A stretch of DNA of 64,000 nt from Chrysomallon squamiferum (GCA_012295275.1 CM022677.1:10540001-10604000); one strand, 5' to 3'; counted from the stretch's first letter, positions 29,264 to 43,748 are shown. The notes: generated by a model not told the origin, from the letters alone. Made by a program: numbers and translations.

Positions 29264-29525
29264 AACACAAACATAACAACTCAGCCAACAGAAACAAGAC
29301 AAAAGAGATCACAGTAACACAAACATAACAACTCAGCCAACAGAAACAAGACAACATAGATCACACACCACAAACATAACAACTCAGCCAACAGAAACAA
29401 GACAACAGAGATCACACAACACAAACATAACAACTCAGCCAACAGAAACAAGACAACAGAGATCACACAACACAAATATAACAATTCAATCAACAGAAAC
29501 AAGACAACAGAGATCACATCAACAC
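29264..29525 (+). repeat. 51-52 bp minisatellite, 5 copies, between LINE ORF1 and ORF2
   Basis: Unit aacacaaacataacaactcagccaacagaaacaagacaacagagatcacac starts at 29264, 29316, 29367, 29418 and 29469. Confidence 0.95.
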
Positions 29526-30186
29526 AAGCCAAACTCTGACTGAGACAAGTCAATTTCAGTCAGTGCAATACAACAATGGAGGAGGACAAGTCTTACCAAG
29601 TGAAATCATTGTTGAGCAAATGTCAGAAAACTCTCTCATTTGTAAAAATACGCCAAACAAAAATCATAAAGAAGTAACCTGTTAAGTTTTAAAAGTAATA
29701 GAGATTAATGTGTGAGTTTTGATAATTAAGCTTAAAGATACTCTGTTTCTTGAAACCATCATTAATATGATACATTAATATTCTGTATTATAAGTATATG
29801 CTAAAAACACAGTTTTTTTTATCTCAACGTAAATATGGGGGTATAGTTGTATATATAAGAACTTATCTACTAAAACATATAAATATTATTGAATCACAGT
29901 GTAAATGTATTATGTGGCTGGACAAAGAAGGTGTGGTTTTACACACAGATGATAATATTTTAATTGGTATTGTATATATTCCACCAGAGAATTCATATTA
30001 TTCATCATCTGAAGCTTTTGACCAGCTTGAAAATGTAAATTTGTCTTATGTGAATAACTATAACATGATCTGTCTTACTGGTGACTTCAACAGCTGATGA
30101 TAATGATTTAATTATTATGGAAGAAAAAGAATAGAGTGATTTAATCACTGATGATGTATTTGAACTTGAGAGGTTAAATATATTAA

Positions 30187-31722
30187 CCCTTTGAACGCGC
30201 CAGGCCAGCTTTCCAGTCTGAGCATACAGTATATATACCCGCTTGTATACTCAGCCACACTTCCAGCAGGAAGCTTCAATAATTGTTTGACAAACAATTG
30301 CAGTTTGTGGAGAATTGTTTGCCATAAACATGAGTGGTAAGAAAGTGACAACCAAGCAGGCATTACCAATGATAATGTCAGATTCTGAGGATGAGAATGA
30401 AGTGTTCGAATATGGAAATAATAGTGATTTTGAAAGTGAAGAGAGTGACTATGATGTTGTTAATGATACAAATAATAACGAGGGAATGATTTCAATAAAA
30501 AAAACTCCCTCTCTATAAAACAGTATATCAAAGAAACTCTCAAAAAGTGGGACATCAAAACCTTCCTAGTTTGTGATAGTGAGAATGGCTACATTTCAAA
30601 TGCAGAAGTATATACAGGTTGAAGAAAGGATGCTGAAACCATTTAAAATCTTGATAAACTGGAAACCTTGTTGTTTGTATGTTGGAACCGTTTTGTGACC
30701 AGCATTACTTTGTGTTTACAGACAGATTCTACACTAGTGTATATTTGTGTGAGTTTTTGCTGGAAAAGAGAGCAATCTGCCTTGTTCAAAGGAATTGTAG
30801 CAGCAATTGTTTGGTGTGACAAAAAGCCTATTTATTAGGAATAGGAATAGGAAAAAAGTTAACGTGCTAATCAGAGCAAGCTGTTGTGAAGCACGTCTGT
30901 GACGGGCACGCTTTCTGACAGGCCTATTTATTTTGTAACTTCTGCATTTATAGCCCACCCACACCCGACTACATGTACAAAGTAAAGAACACATAAGACT
31001 TCCTGAGGGATGTCTGAAAGCTGTCCAAAGTAAAAATGCATTCATGGGTGGCACTGATAAAAATGACCTACTTACCAAGCTGCATCAGAGCAGACTTGAC
31101 GAGGGAATGTTGTTACATAAGGCCACGTCGTCTTAGTATGAAGTGTTTGACTTGCACTGCGAATAATGCATATGTAATCATGTGGCCTTATCCCCAGAGC
31201 CAAAGAGTGTTTACATTGCATGTGTTTGTTGAAAAACTCTGCCATCAACTTGTAGGCAATTATCACCATCTGTTACCAGTGAAAGTGAATCTGTACACAG
31301 ACAAACACCTCTGAGATTACAGACCTCAGGAGTTGGAAAGAGCCTCCCCATGCAACATCAAACAGTAGGTGTGTAGTGTGTCTGGAAAGGCACAACAGGG
31401 CCAGATAACAGAATCCTAGTGCTGCCTATAAGGACTTTCCCAAAAAGTCAAAAACAGTGTAACTATTGTAAGGCTTTTTTGTGCATCGGGCTACCACAGC
31501 AAAATTGCTGGCATGACTGACACACAAAAGTTCAGTTTTTGAGGTAGAAGTGAAAAATTCAATAAACAAAATGGAGTAGATATTGTATGTGTTTATTTAT
31601 TGTAAACAACAACAAAGTGCCAGTACAAGAATGCAAATAACTCATAACTGACTTTTTTGCAAATTTTCGCTGGGAAATCAGGGTGAACAGCATATAAGGA
31701 TGGGGTCATAGGGTTCAAAGGG
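30187..31722 (+). mobile_element. Internally deleted piggyBac transposon nested in the LINE
   Basis: TTAA TSDs at 30183-30186 and 31723-31726, and a 10-bp TIR CCCTTTGAAC/GTTCAAAGGG. Transposase remnants: acidic N-terminus from ATG 30330, KQYI...KW.IKTFLVCDSENGY..NAEVYTG, FTDRFYTSV, NAFMGGTDKND, C-terminal RCVVC...FLCIG...NCW. Confidence 0.95.
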
Positions 31723-33449
31723 TTAAAACAATGAGAATCAAAGGATAAAAATAAAAATAACTATGGTTGTATTTTCCTTGATTTCTGTATAATTAAATAA
31801 CATGTTTATTATGAATGGGAGAGTAGGTAAAGACACTAGTGTCGTAGATTACTTCACTGCAAATGTTAAATTCTTGTCCCTAACAGAAAAACCTTTCTAT
31901 TCTGCCTTTATGTATCAAACTACATATGGAAATAAATCTGAGAATACTGTAATTGTTATTTCATCAAGCTCTAAGGAAGTCCCAAGGAAATGGTTCCATG
32001 ATTAAAAAGCACGAATTTTGCGATAATTTTGAAAAGCAGAAGCATTTGTTAATTGAAATACCCCAAACAATTACAAAATTGCAAGGAAAGAGATGTTGAC
32101 TCTGAATTTATAAATAATACAATCTCTGATATAAATTTGGGAAAGAAACTACCTATAATACAATAAAGAAACATCCTTATAATAAGGCCTGGTTTAAACC
32201 AGCTTGTACAGCTACAAGACAGTAAGTCAGAAAAGCCAGAAGATATAGACAATATGGTTGAAGTATGCTGAAACACTAAACAGAGCTGTTAGGGAATATA
32301 GAATATCTATTAAACAAAAACTTCAAATCCAAGCAGAGACTGTCAAAAGCCAATGTGTATCAACTGATTCTTTAGTTCACTTTTTCAAAACTCTTAATAG
32401 CAATGTTGATGAAACTTTGCCTGATCATATTACTAGAACACTCAAAGACAAGAAACTACTAATGATATTTTGAACAAAACTTTTTCAGCCAGGGAACGAT
32501 CCAGAGCAGTGAATTTACTACACTGTAATTGATCAGTTGTAGAAGATTTTATTATTAATGAATATATTAATGTACTACTGTTTATTATTCTTGACAGAGC
32601 AATTACACCATCCGATTGGTATGGACTAGAGACTGGACGACTCACTGGTCAGAGTGTGACTGGTGGGTGCCTCAAATAAATAAATATATAAAATACTGTA
32701 TAAAACATAAATAAAATACTGCTACTACTACATTTACTGCAACACTACCATACTCCTTTTATTATCATCATTACTACAACTAATATTTACTATTATTCCT
32801 TATTCAACTAGGGTTACTGTTATTGAAATAATACTCCTATTACTAAAATTACTATTCATTAGTAATAAAAGTGATGTTTTATTCTCTTTGTATTAGTCCT
32901 GTGCCTTTATTTCTTTATACTAATATTAGTATAATTACTACAACAACGACGACTACTGTTACTACTACTATAACTGCTGTTACACAACTCTTCTTGTTAC
33001 ATTTATCATAACAATTTATCTAGTAACAACTACTATTAGTACTGCTACTACTACTGCTACCACTACTACAACCAGTAATCTGACTACAACCATTTTGTTT
33101 TAATCACCACGAGGCTCACAAGATACATTACTATTACAAAGCTATGGAGATAGCATCATCAGCTAAAACATCATCAAGATCAATTTTGCAACATTACTTC
33201 AACAAGTAGTATTAGTGTTACTGCTACAAGTACTAGTGCTGCAACAACTACATTACTACAACAATGACAATGACTAATACTACTACTATAACAACAACCT
33301 CTATAGATGTTCCTGTTCTGCCATATTCTTTGATGACATTTCTACCCTGTGGTGATCTGACAGAATTAGCTCTTCTTATGTACAGAGCAGAGCAGTTTCT
33401 GAAAAAAAACAGTCTTTTGTTTATTTACCTTTATAATTACATATGCATC

Positions 33450-33486
<37 letters not shown>

Positions 33487-33961
33487 AAAATATTTACATA
33501 CATATCATATTCAAAACCAAAAAAGAAAACCAGACCTAATATTATATGAATTATGTTGTTTAGCTAGTTATTAAGATTCATATATTTTAAAATGACCACC
33601 TGATTCATTATTTTACTTACAAAAATTATATTAAACTAACCATGAAAATTGAGAAACTGTGGTCAACATAAATATAGACAACAGCTACAGTACATCCATC
33701 TTCAGTGTATTTTAGTGTGTCTGTCATCACAGGAACAGTGACACTGTGTGAAGGCTGACAGTTCCATCTGGTAACAGTAAAGTTAAATATTTTAAAATAC
33801 TCATAAAATATTATACTTCTTCTTCTTTTATTTTAAAATATAGACATTTACAACAAAATAATCAAGTCTATATGAATGAAACTGTTGTGTGTGTGACTGT
33901 GTGTGTGTGTGTGTGTGTTTGAGAGAGAGAGAGAAAGCCATGATATGAAATGCAGTGTATG

Positions 33962-34129
<168 letters not shown>

Positions 34130-34356
34130 CTAAGGTATGTTACAAAATCATGAGAAATACACAAGAAAACAAACTCACTGTTGAGTTTTTTCCCCTTTTC
34201 CAAGCAGTACAAACTTTATCCTTCTACACCTTCAGCACCTTCTACTGAAACAACAGCACATCAATTAGAGCTGTATGTGCAATCTACATTTCTCTGATTA
34301 ATGCAAATGTAATTTTGATTATTATCATTCATGCAATATTTCTCTCTCTCTCTCTC

Positions 34357-34389
<33 letters not shown>

Positions 34390-35005
34390 AACAAACTAAC
34401 AAAACATACTCTGCCACTGTTGAGAGGTTTCTGACAACATTTTAACACAGGCCTGACAGATCACTTGACAGCAGACTGTTGATTCACATTATCAAGTCTT
34501 TTGTATCCCATCTGTAGAAAATGGCCTAGATTTGTGTGATGGTGAAGTAGGGGATAGGGACCTGGGTGCATTGGTCCCACTATGTTGTCTGAAACAGGAA
34601 CAGGACTAGCTCGGTCCTTCGAATCATCAGTGTGGTAAAACATCTCTTGAATGCTGCCTTCCCGAGTCTCTGTCTGATCTTGTTCTGTTGTACTACAGCC
34701 TCTGATGGTGTCGTTTCTGTTGTTTTTCTAATGTTGACGTGCATGGTAGTGTTAATGATACCTTTTTACCAATACTAGAAAGAGAATTTACTTTATGGAG
34801 ATATGCTGGTAATCAGTCAAAATATAAGTAAAATATAAAGAAATATAAAATAATAATATATTTTATGTTACAAAAATACTAATGATATCAAAGTAAAATT
34901 TAAAAGCTATATAACTATTATGTAAATTTGATTTAAAAAAGTAAAATGATATTAGTGATTTATGAAATAAAGTGAAATAATACGAAGTAAAATTAAATTA
35001 TTTAT

Positions 35006-36010
35006 TAGACACGATGCACTGCCTTGAACAGACATACTCACTGACAAGATAGTACATACCACAGTCTGTAATATACTAGACACGATGCACTGCCTTCAAC
35101 AGACAGACTCACTGACAAGATATTACAGACTGTAGTATGTAGTACCTTGTCAGTGAGTCTGTTTGTTCAAGGCAGTGCATCGTGTCTAGTATATTACAGA
35201 CTGTGGTATGTACTATCCTGTCAGTGAGTCTGTCTGTTGAAGGCAGTGCATCGTGTCTAGTATATTACAGACTGTAGTATGTAGTACACTGAACAAGATG
35301 TACTATCTAGAACAAACAGATTCACTGATAGGATAGTACATACCACAGTCTGTAATATCAAGAACAGACTCACTGACTGGATAGTACATACCACAGTCTG
35401 TAATATCAAGAACAGACTCACTGACTGGATAGTACATACCACAGTCTGTAATATCAAGAACAGACTCACTGACTGGATAGTACATACCACAGTTTGTAAT
35501 ATCAAGAACAGACTCACTGACTGGATAGTACATACCAGTCTGAAATGTACTAGACACGATTCACTGCACTGAACACACATATTCATTGACAAGATAGTAT
35601 ATACCAGAGTCTGTAATATACCAGGCACGATGCACTGCCTTGAACAAACAGACTAACTGACAGGGTAGTACATACCACAGTCTGTAATATACTAGACACG
35701 ATTCACTGCATTGAACAAACAGATTCATTGACAGGATAGTACATACCACAGTCTGTAATATATTAGAAACAGTGCCGTGCCTTGAACAGACTCACTGAGA
35801 GGGTAGTACATACCACAGTCTGTAATATACTGGAGAAGATGCTCTGCCTTGAACAAACAGCTCAATGACAGGATAGTACATACCACAGACTGTAATATAC
35901 TAGACACGATGCACTGCCTTGAACAAAGAGACTCATAGACAAGGTAGTACATACCACAGTCTGGAATTACTACACACAGTCAACTGCCTTGAACAAACAG
36001 ACTCATTAAC
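35006..36010. repeat. 71-bp satellite with internal inversion and 48-bp deletion-variant sub-array
   Basis: Unit tagacacgatgcactgccttgaacaaacagactcactgacaagatagtacataccacagtctgtaatatac runs forward at 35006-35120, reverse at about 35121-35290, then forward again. Confidence 0.92.
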
Positions 36011-38130
36011 AACAATAATACTAATTAAAGTGATAAATAAAATAATAATTAAGAAACAAGAGAAACAAGAGAAAAAGAAAAGAGTAAGGAAGAAAATAAA
36101 ATTATTTCAGGCATTAAAAAAGAAACAGTTATATTAAATAGAAATAAAAAATAATATATAGGTTTAAATAAAATCATTTTATTGAATTCAGTAAATTGAG
36201 TGAATGATCTATATTCCGCAGACTTATGATGTCACTAATAATCTTTAGTCGCTTCATTTATTGAAAAAAATATATATTTCTATGTGATTTCTTTTTGTTA
36301 TTTCTTGTTGTTTTTTTTAATATTTTACTTGACACTCAGTCTTTTTGGTAACTTTTCCAAACTCTTAAATAGAGTTATTTCCCGTAGACCACAAATTTCT
36401 GAAAAAGATTACGCCGCATGTGCGAGGTGACGGTAAATTAGATTTGCTGCTTTCAGATGAAAAGAACTAATTGTGTATAATATTTTGTAACAGACAGCAC
36501 CAGCTTAATAACATTTCTTGCGTTTTCTTTGTCTTTTAAATAAGCAGTTTCCTTTTGTTTTGGTTTATTTAATGTGTTATTATTATTTATTGAATTATTG
36601 TAAAATGCTTATTTAATGTTTTTATTCAAGTTAATTTATTTCTTTTCGATTTGTCTCTTTAAAAACATCGAATTTATTTACAAATGTTTGGTATATTTAC
36701 GTATATACAATACATCATATTTAGGAGAATATTTGAAAGCTATTTAATAACACTTCACCGATTTATTGGGTACAAACTACGCCTGAATCTTCTTTAATGT
36801 TGGGGAACATTGCCAACTGGAGAAGTTAATACAGTAATCTTATAACAAATTATAATTTCAGTTTATTATGCACGCATTTGCATAAAAATAATCCAGTTTG
36901 AAACGTTTGATAAATATGATTAAGTTGAAAAAAATAGTTAGGAAAGGTGCAAGAGATCATGGTTTACCTTTATCAGCGCAAATGTAATTTACAAATTATA
37001 AAAAGTTAAGAAAATAGACGTAAAATAGTTGAAATTGGAAGTTCAAAAACCCGATCAATCGGTTTCCGAGCGATCACGGAAACTTCCGATCGAAATCCAA
37101 AATGGCAGCGTCGAACGCCGATCAGTGTTTACAAACTTTTAAACATCCAGTCAAGTCTATATGGATTATTAAAAATAATTTGAGGAAATGCATCATATAA
37201 CTAATGCCATTTATACGTATACGCCTATTATTGAGCAGTAATTGCTGCAAAAGTCGAAACCAATTTTTTATTTAATAATTATTTTCTTGCGGGGGTGGGA
37301 ATTTTAACGTCATACTATCTCGTACCCATTTCGTACTAGATTTTTATTTTCCAGATATTATTTCGATGTCTCCAGCCAGAAATAAATAAATAAATAATAA
37401 TAATAATAATAATTTTCACTAACGCTGGTAGATGAATATTCTCATTAGGCACATAATGTGGACACGTTACTCTGCTAAAACCTCCATATCGGACAGTGCT
37501 GAGTACGTAGTTGTAACACAATACTTGAAACCATTATAATTATTTATTTTAATATTATTTTCATTTTCAATACATTACAGGTGGTATTTACGTGGAAAAA
37601 GGAAACTGATTAGTGTTATACAGAAAGAAAGAGGGAGATATTGATAGACTGATAGACAGATCAGTAGAAGTTACATGAATTGATAGATGTATATGAATTT
37701 AGGTAGTCAGGTGAACATGACAATGTCGATTTATCTATTCTGTGTTTTCTTCTTTCTGTCATGTGTGTTTGTGTGCCAGGCTGAGAGTGTAGACATACAT
37801 ATATATATATGGGTCTAGCCAAATATCTGTATGTAATGAACTTGGACTCTTGATGTTCATACAAGTTTTAATTATAGACAGACAATGGTTTATTTACCAA
37901 TACATATAAATTTGGTTTCTTTATTCTTCTTAAAGTTAGATCTTGATTCTATCAGAGCAGAGTGTATTTTTTGTAAATCGATTATGTAACATCAACCAAG
38001 AGCAGAACAATCTTATTTGTTTACTTTTCCAATCACAGCCAGGTCATGAGATCAATCTTCTTCTTCTTCTTCTTATTATTATTATCATCATCACACTCAT
38101 CATAATTATCACCATTATCATCATCATCAA

Positions 38131-38167
<37 letters not shown>

Positions 38168-39152
38168 TAATCTGGTCATTTCTAATTCATCAACATTTCC
38201 TTTCCATTAAAGAACAACAACAAAAACAAAAAAAATACTAAATTATTTGATCATGGTTGATTAAAAACACACTTCATTAAACAGAGAAAATTCTAGATTT
38301 GTACAATATTATTATAACATTCTACCTGTTACTGAACTTACTGAAACATCAGACACATGTTTTTTTAATATGATCTTTTTTATATGAATACTTTCTTTTT
38401 TTAATTATTTACATTCAACTGCATTCAGTTCATGGACTATTTCAATTTTTTCATATTTGCATACTTAAATGAGATATCGTTAAGTGGGAGACTAATTTAC
38501 ATAGAATTAAGATTAAAAACAGTGGTTAAATTTTTCACGATTGAAATTTAACATAAAAAGAAATGTTAAATAAGGAGAAATAAAACAGCAAATCGTTTAC
38601 AAATACATTAAGAAATAATTATATGCCACCGATTGTGGGTTCATTTTTGTGGATTTTGTGTTCATTTAAGATATCATATTTTGTTTCTAAAGTTATTGTC
38701 TTCCATTTATTTTTATCATCAGCATTCGCCGGCGTACTTTTATTCGTTTTGACGCATTGAAAGGGTAAATTACAAAACGTTTAAGTCTAAATAGAAACAA
38801 GAGACAAGACAATCTGAACACTACATGTACGTATGACGTCTGGGTGTCAACTGATCAAAACAGCTGAGGGAAGCTTGTGATTGAACGTAAAATGAACGAA
38901 AACGGACTTAAAAGCATGCATTGTACTCATTTGTTTCATTTATTAAATTTCTATTGATATAATTCATGAACAAAAAAAATGTGTTAAGCGAGGTACTACT
39001 GTATCTATATAATAATAATCGGTTTCCAATTCATTATAATGAATGAGGTATAAACAAGCATGTAAATAAGACCACTGAACCATATTTAGCCTTTTGACAA
39101 AATGGGAATTCTACCAGATGGGAGTAAGCCATGGAAATAGGAGAATAAAAGT

Positions 39153-40217
39153 TTTGTTTGCTAAAATTACTTGACTACAAAAATAACACATTTTTGTTTT
39201 TTCTTGACATCCTCCACTGATGTGTGGACAGTTGTTGTCATTGACAAACACTGTGTATGCAGGAATGATGTCTGCCACGATGCAGATAACACTATCATCT
39301 TTCTGACACAGAGCTGAAATCCAGTATTATACAGTAGTTATGTAGTTTATATACACAAGATCCTGTATATAGATATATAGTTTATATACACAAGAACAAA
39401 ACAAAAATAATCATAATAATAATAGTAATAACAATAAATGAAATCTATTTCTACTACAACTACAACATCTACTATTACAATTACCACCACAATCTCTATT
39501 CCTATTACAACAATTACAATAACTACCACTAAGTCTATTCCTACCACAATATTTACATTAACTACCACTATCTCTATTCCTACTACAACTACAACATTTA
39601 CCTTAACTATCACTAATTATATTCCTACTAGAAATACAACATTTACTATTTCTGCAAATACAACTTCTACTGACCAGATTCAGTTACAGTTGTTGTTTCT
39701 ACTGTTTCTGTAGACATTGTAGTCTCAGCTGTAGTAGCTGTAGGTTTTGGAGTTTGAGCCTCAGTCACTGTAGTAGCAGCGGTTGTAGTAGATGTAGCTG
39801 CTGTTGATTTATCTGCAGGTTCAGTTTTTCCTTTAGTAGACGCTGATGTTGTAGTAGCTTTTGGAGTCTGATCCTCAGTCACTGTAGTAGTTGTAGTTGT
39901 AGATTCAGTTTTTCCTGTAACAGGGTGTGATGTTGATGCTTTAACAGAATGTAGGTTTTCAAGTGTTGCTGATATGGTGGTTGTCTCCAGTGTTGAGGTT
40001 GTTGTAACACAGTTGCTTTCATATTCAGATTCAGAATAATCTGGAAAGATAATAAGGTATAGAGGAAAACAATACTATGAAGTTGATAATAATAATAACA
40101 GCAATAGTAGTAGTAGTAGTAGTAGTAGTAGTTGTAATGGTAATACAAATTACATTTATAAACAGATGTATGATTAGTTTTACAGATTTTATGTTATATT
40201 TAGTTTTGTTATTTTTA

Positions 40218-40285
<68 letters not shown>

Positions 40286-43173
40286 TTGTTGTTTGTTATA
40301 TTAACCCAGTTGTCAATAAACCAGGAAGCCCCCTCCAAGTAATCATAATAAGTAAACAAGTATGACTTTTTATTAATGGCATTAATACATTCCTGAAATT
40401 CTTGAATTAGAATAAGAAACATAAATTAAACACCAGTTAAGATCACGTGACCTAACGCGATGACATAATGAGTTGTTTACAGCCAAAACAGTCGAAATTT
40501 TACAGACGTGAGAAGCAGCAAATGTGAGAGGAATCGGATTGCTTCCCTTCGAAACGCCGCAGGGGGTAATTTGTAAATATGACGGGCACCTCTTCGTATT
40601 ACATCTATTTTGTTTAGGGATAAGAAACGTGACCTGCTGACCCTAAAAGTGCAAAACAATGGCATGATAGGCAGTCTTTTTTTCTTCTTCTTTTTTTTTT
40701 CTCGATATCTTTATATTTCATTTGACATTTAAGAGTACTAATGAAATAAATATTCGGGAAATGTAAAAAAAAAAAAAAAAAAAAATATAGACAACATTAG
40801 TTTTAACGTGACTCGGCAAACTTGGCTAACAGCGGAAATTACGATAATGTTGTCATATATATCTCGTCCCTTATATAATCTTTTTTTTTTTTCTTTTTTT
40901 TAAAAGCAAGTTTTGAAAAATTTTTGAAAATGGTTGTTTCTCAATATTTTCCGAACACAGAGGCTAGCTATTTACCAGCCTCGATTTAAAACAAACAAAT
41001 GGCGAGAAGATTAAAAAAAAAAAAAAAAAAAAAATGTATTAATAATAATAATAATAATAATAATGATACAAACAGGAAGAAGTAATAAAACGTACTTAAT
41101 TTCACTTGATTCTATATGCAGTAACCTTGCAGAAAGAATGTTTTACGTTCGAGCAAAGTAGCAACTCGGAAGCCATCTTTACAACTGCAGACTTTGTTGA
41201 TACAAACTAGATCATCATCGCATTCCACTCCGTCTCCACCACAGTTCTCTCCCAGGGTCGCCCACTCCTTCACACAGAGTGGACAGAGATATGGACGTCG
41301 TTTACACAATTTGCCGTCTGCAGCAGCGAAGTGGCTTGGAATACACTTGCAGGCACCATGACGTATTTCCCGTTTTGCAGTATGAATATTTCGTTCCACA
41401 TTTAGTCACATTTGTGTCCCAGTTCTCGAACTAAACAGTATTCAAATAAATATATAAAATAAGTTGTTGTTGTTATTAAATCATTATAGTGCCATGTGAG
41501 GAAAACAGTTATAGAAATTAATAAAAACTAATTTGCAAATAATATTCTACAATATATATTTTACTAACTTCATTTACATACTGAAAGTATATTTATTTCT
41601 TCCTTAATTACTAAAAACTATAATTAAATCTATATAAAACACAAAAATCAATTTACAGCTTCTGCAGTACAAAGATCGTAAATTGTTTACCTTTTGCTGA
41701 ACGCTTGGCCATAACAATGAATATTTTGCTGTAGTTATAACGTAATATTATCACTTTATTTATTTATTTATTGTTATTTCTCAGGTTAAAGATTCTATTT
41801 ACCAGGGAGACAACTCTGAAAGTCATCAGACGTAACAGTTCCGTTTTTACATCTGCATTTCTTTTCGCAGCCAGCTCTAGCACATTCCGCGTTTTTAGGA
41901 CAGTTAAAATCCTTGTAGCACTTCTGTCCCACATCCACAACTCCTGAATATATAAATAAATTAGTGTTTGTTTATGATATTTTAAAACATTTATATGATC
42001 TGTGGGGAAACAAAGAGAGAAAAAAAATATAAAAAATACGTAATATATTTCTTTATTCGATATTAACAGGAAGGCGGCATACTCAAAAAAAAGTTTCAAA
42101 TAATAAAATAAAAAATAAAATACTAATGCTATTACTACTACTACTACCATACTACTGCTGATGTTATTACTACTACTGCTGCTGCTATTACTACTATTAC
42201 TATTAATACTACAACTGATACTACTACGCTACTGCTGCTGTTACTATAACATCAACCACTACTATTACTATTGTTACTGCAACTACTGAGCACTATTTTG
42301 CATCACTATAAATGCTATGACTGTTTTTACTTCTAACAATTTCATTATCATCATCATTATTATAATCATGATTATTATTATTATTATTATTATTATTAAA
42401 ATGTATTTACCTAAGCATTCTGCTTGCAAAGATTCACCTGAAACATGAGAGATTGTCGTTGTCTTGGTGAGAAACAAAAATTATTCTAGAACACACGTAC
42501 ACACTCTGAACTGTTTCGTATTGTGTGTTGTTGATGTTTTTATTGTTGTTGTTGTTTGTGTATTGTGCGATTCCCTTATGTTGATTTAATGTAATGTATT
42601 GATTATATTATCTTATATTATATTGCATCTTATTGTATTATTTTACATTATATTACACTGTAGTAGACTATATTATATTGTGTGAATTGTGGTATGTTCG
42701 TTGTATTTTTTTTATCTTACTTTATTGTATTGTTTGACTGGATGTATTGTAATACATTATGCGATGTTGAGTTGAATTTTGTTGTGTTCTGCTGTGACTT
42801 GTTGTACTGACTTGTATTATATTGTCTATTTGTCATCTGCTGTATTATATCTATTATTACATTCCATTATATTATTTTGTATGATAATGTTTACACTACA
42901 TTATAATTATATTACTTAGTAATTTAGTTTAGTTTATTTCACCTATTGTGAAATTTTCAGGAACACATTCTGTGAATCTTGGTATATTGAAAAACTCCGT
43001 TTCATTTGCTGGTCTGTATTTGGGTTTGCACGTGCATTTCGTGTCGTTGCAGAACTGTTTCCTGCTGTCTTCACATAATTTGTTGTACTCGTTGCAGGTT
43101 TCTCCCAATAAAGCTCCTTTTTCGTCTGTGTTAAAAATAAATATGCAACATACACACAAACATATATACAAAT

Positions 43174-43248
<75 letters not shown>

Positions 43249-43669
43249 AACACACACACACGCATGCACACACACGCACGCACAAACAAAACAATAAAAC
43301 AGAATACACACATACACATTTATATATAGGCATACTTGCGGTATAGGATTGTATTCTGCATCGTTTTCCGTCATCAGATTTGACAAAACCAGTTTCACAC
43401 TGACAGACGCCATTTTCACATATCGCTCTTTTAGTACAAGTCTGTCCAGACTGAGTACACGACTCTCCCAGGTTTACAACTGTAATAAATAATAGATATA
43501 TAATTTACTCAGATCTAAACTGTGAATGGAAAATACAATATATTCTATCACTACATAGAAGAAGAAGAAAAAGAGAATGTGTATTTACAAAGTACACGAA
43601 ACATCAAAAGTTAACTGTTACATTGTTTCGTTAATCCTGTTATAAGTGGAAACAACTCAGTAAGTCAGT

Positions 43670-43748
<79 letters not shown>

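Larger units (their letters stand above)
28340..32620 (+). mobile_element. Decayed, 3'-truncated non-LTR retrotransposon (LINE; RTE-X/CR1-like ORF1 plus APE endonuclease)
   Basis: ORF1 has a coiled coil plus RPIVAKF and YGVNEQLVKEINVRRKLLYP...GDKLYIEG. ORF2 has RKYGGIVVYIR, IGIVYIPPENS, LTGDFNS, NNYG..FLDFC, MNGRVGKD..SVVDYF, and ends at IINEYI...ITPSDW just before the RT core. Confidence 0.85.

Noticed and set aside
32620-32685. Possible SINE 3' fragment ending the LINE (gtcagagtgtgactggtggg...aaataaa)
   Set aside because: Too short to assign without a repeat library.
35257-35952. Repetitive ORFs (LILQTVVCTIQSVSLF / DCGMYYPVSESVL)
   Set aside because: Translations of the 48/71-bp satellite, with no splice or start context.
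39347-39713. Thr/Ile- or Val-rich ORFs resembling mucin or TM protein
   Set aside because: They lie in the intron after the true mucin exon and consist of degenerate trinucleotide repeats.
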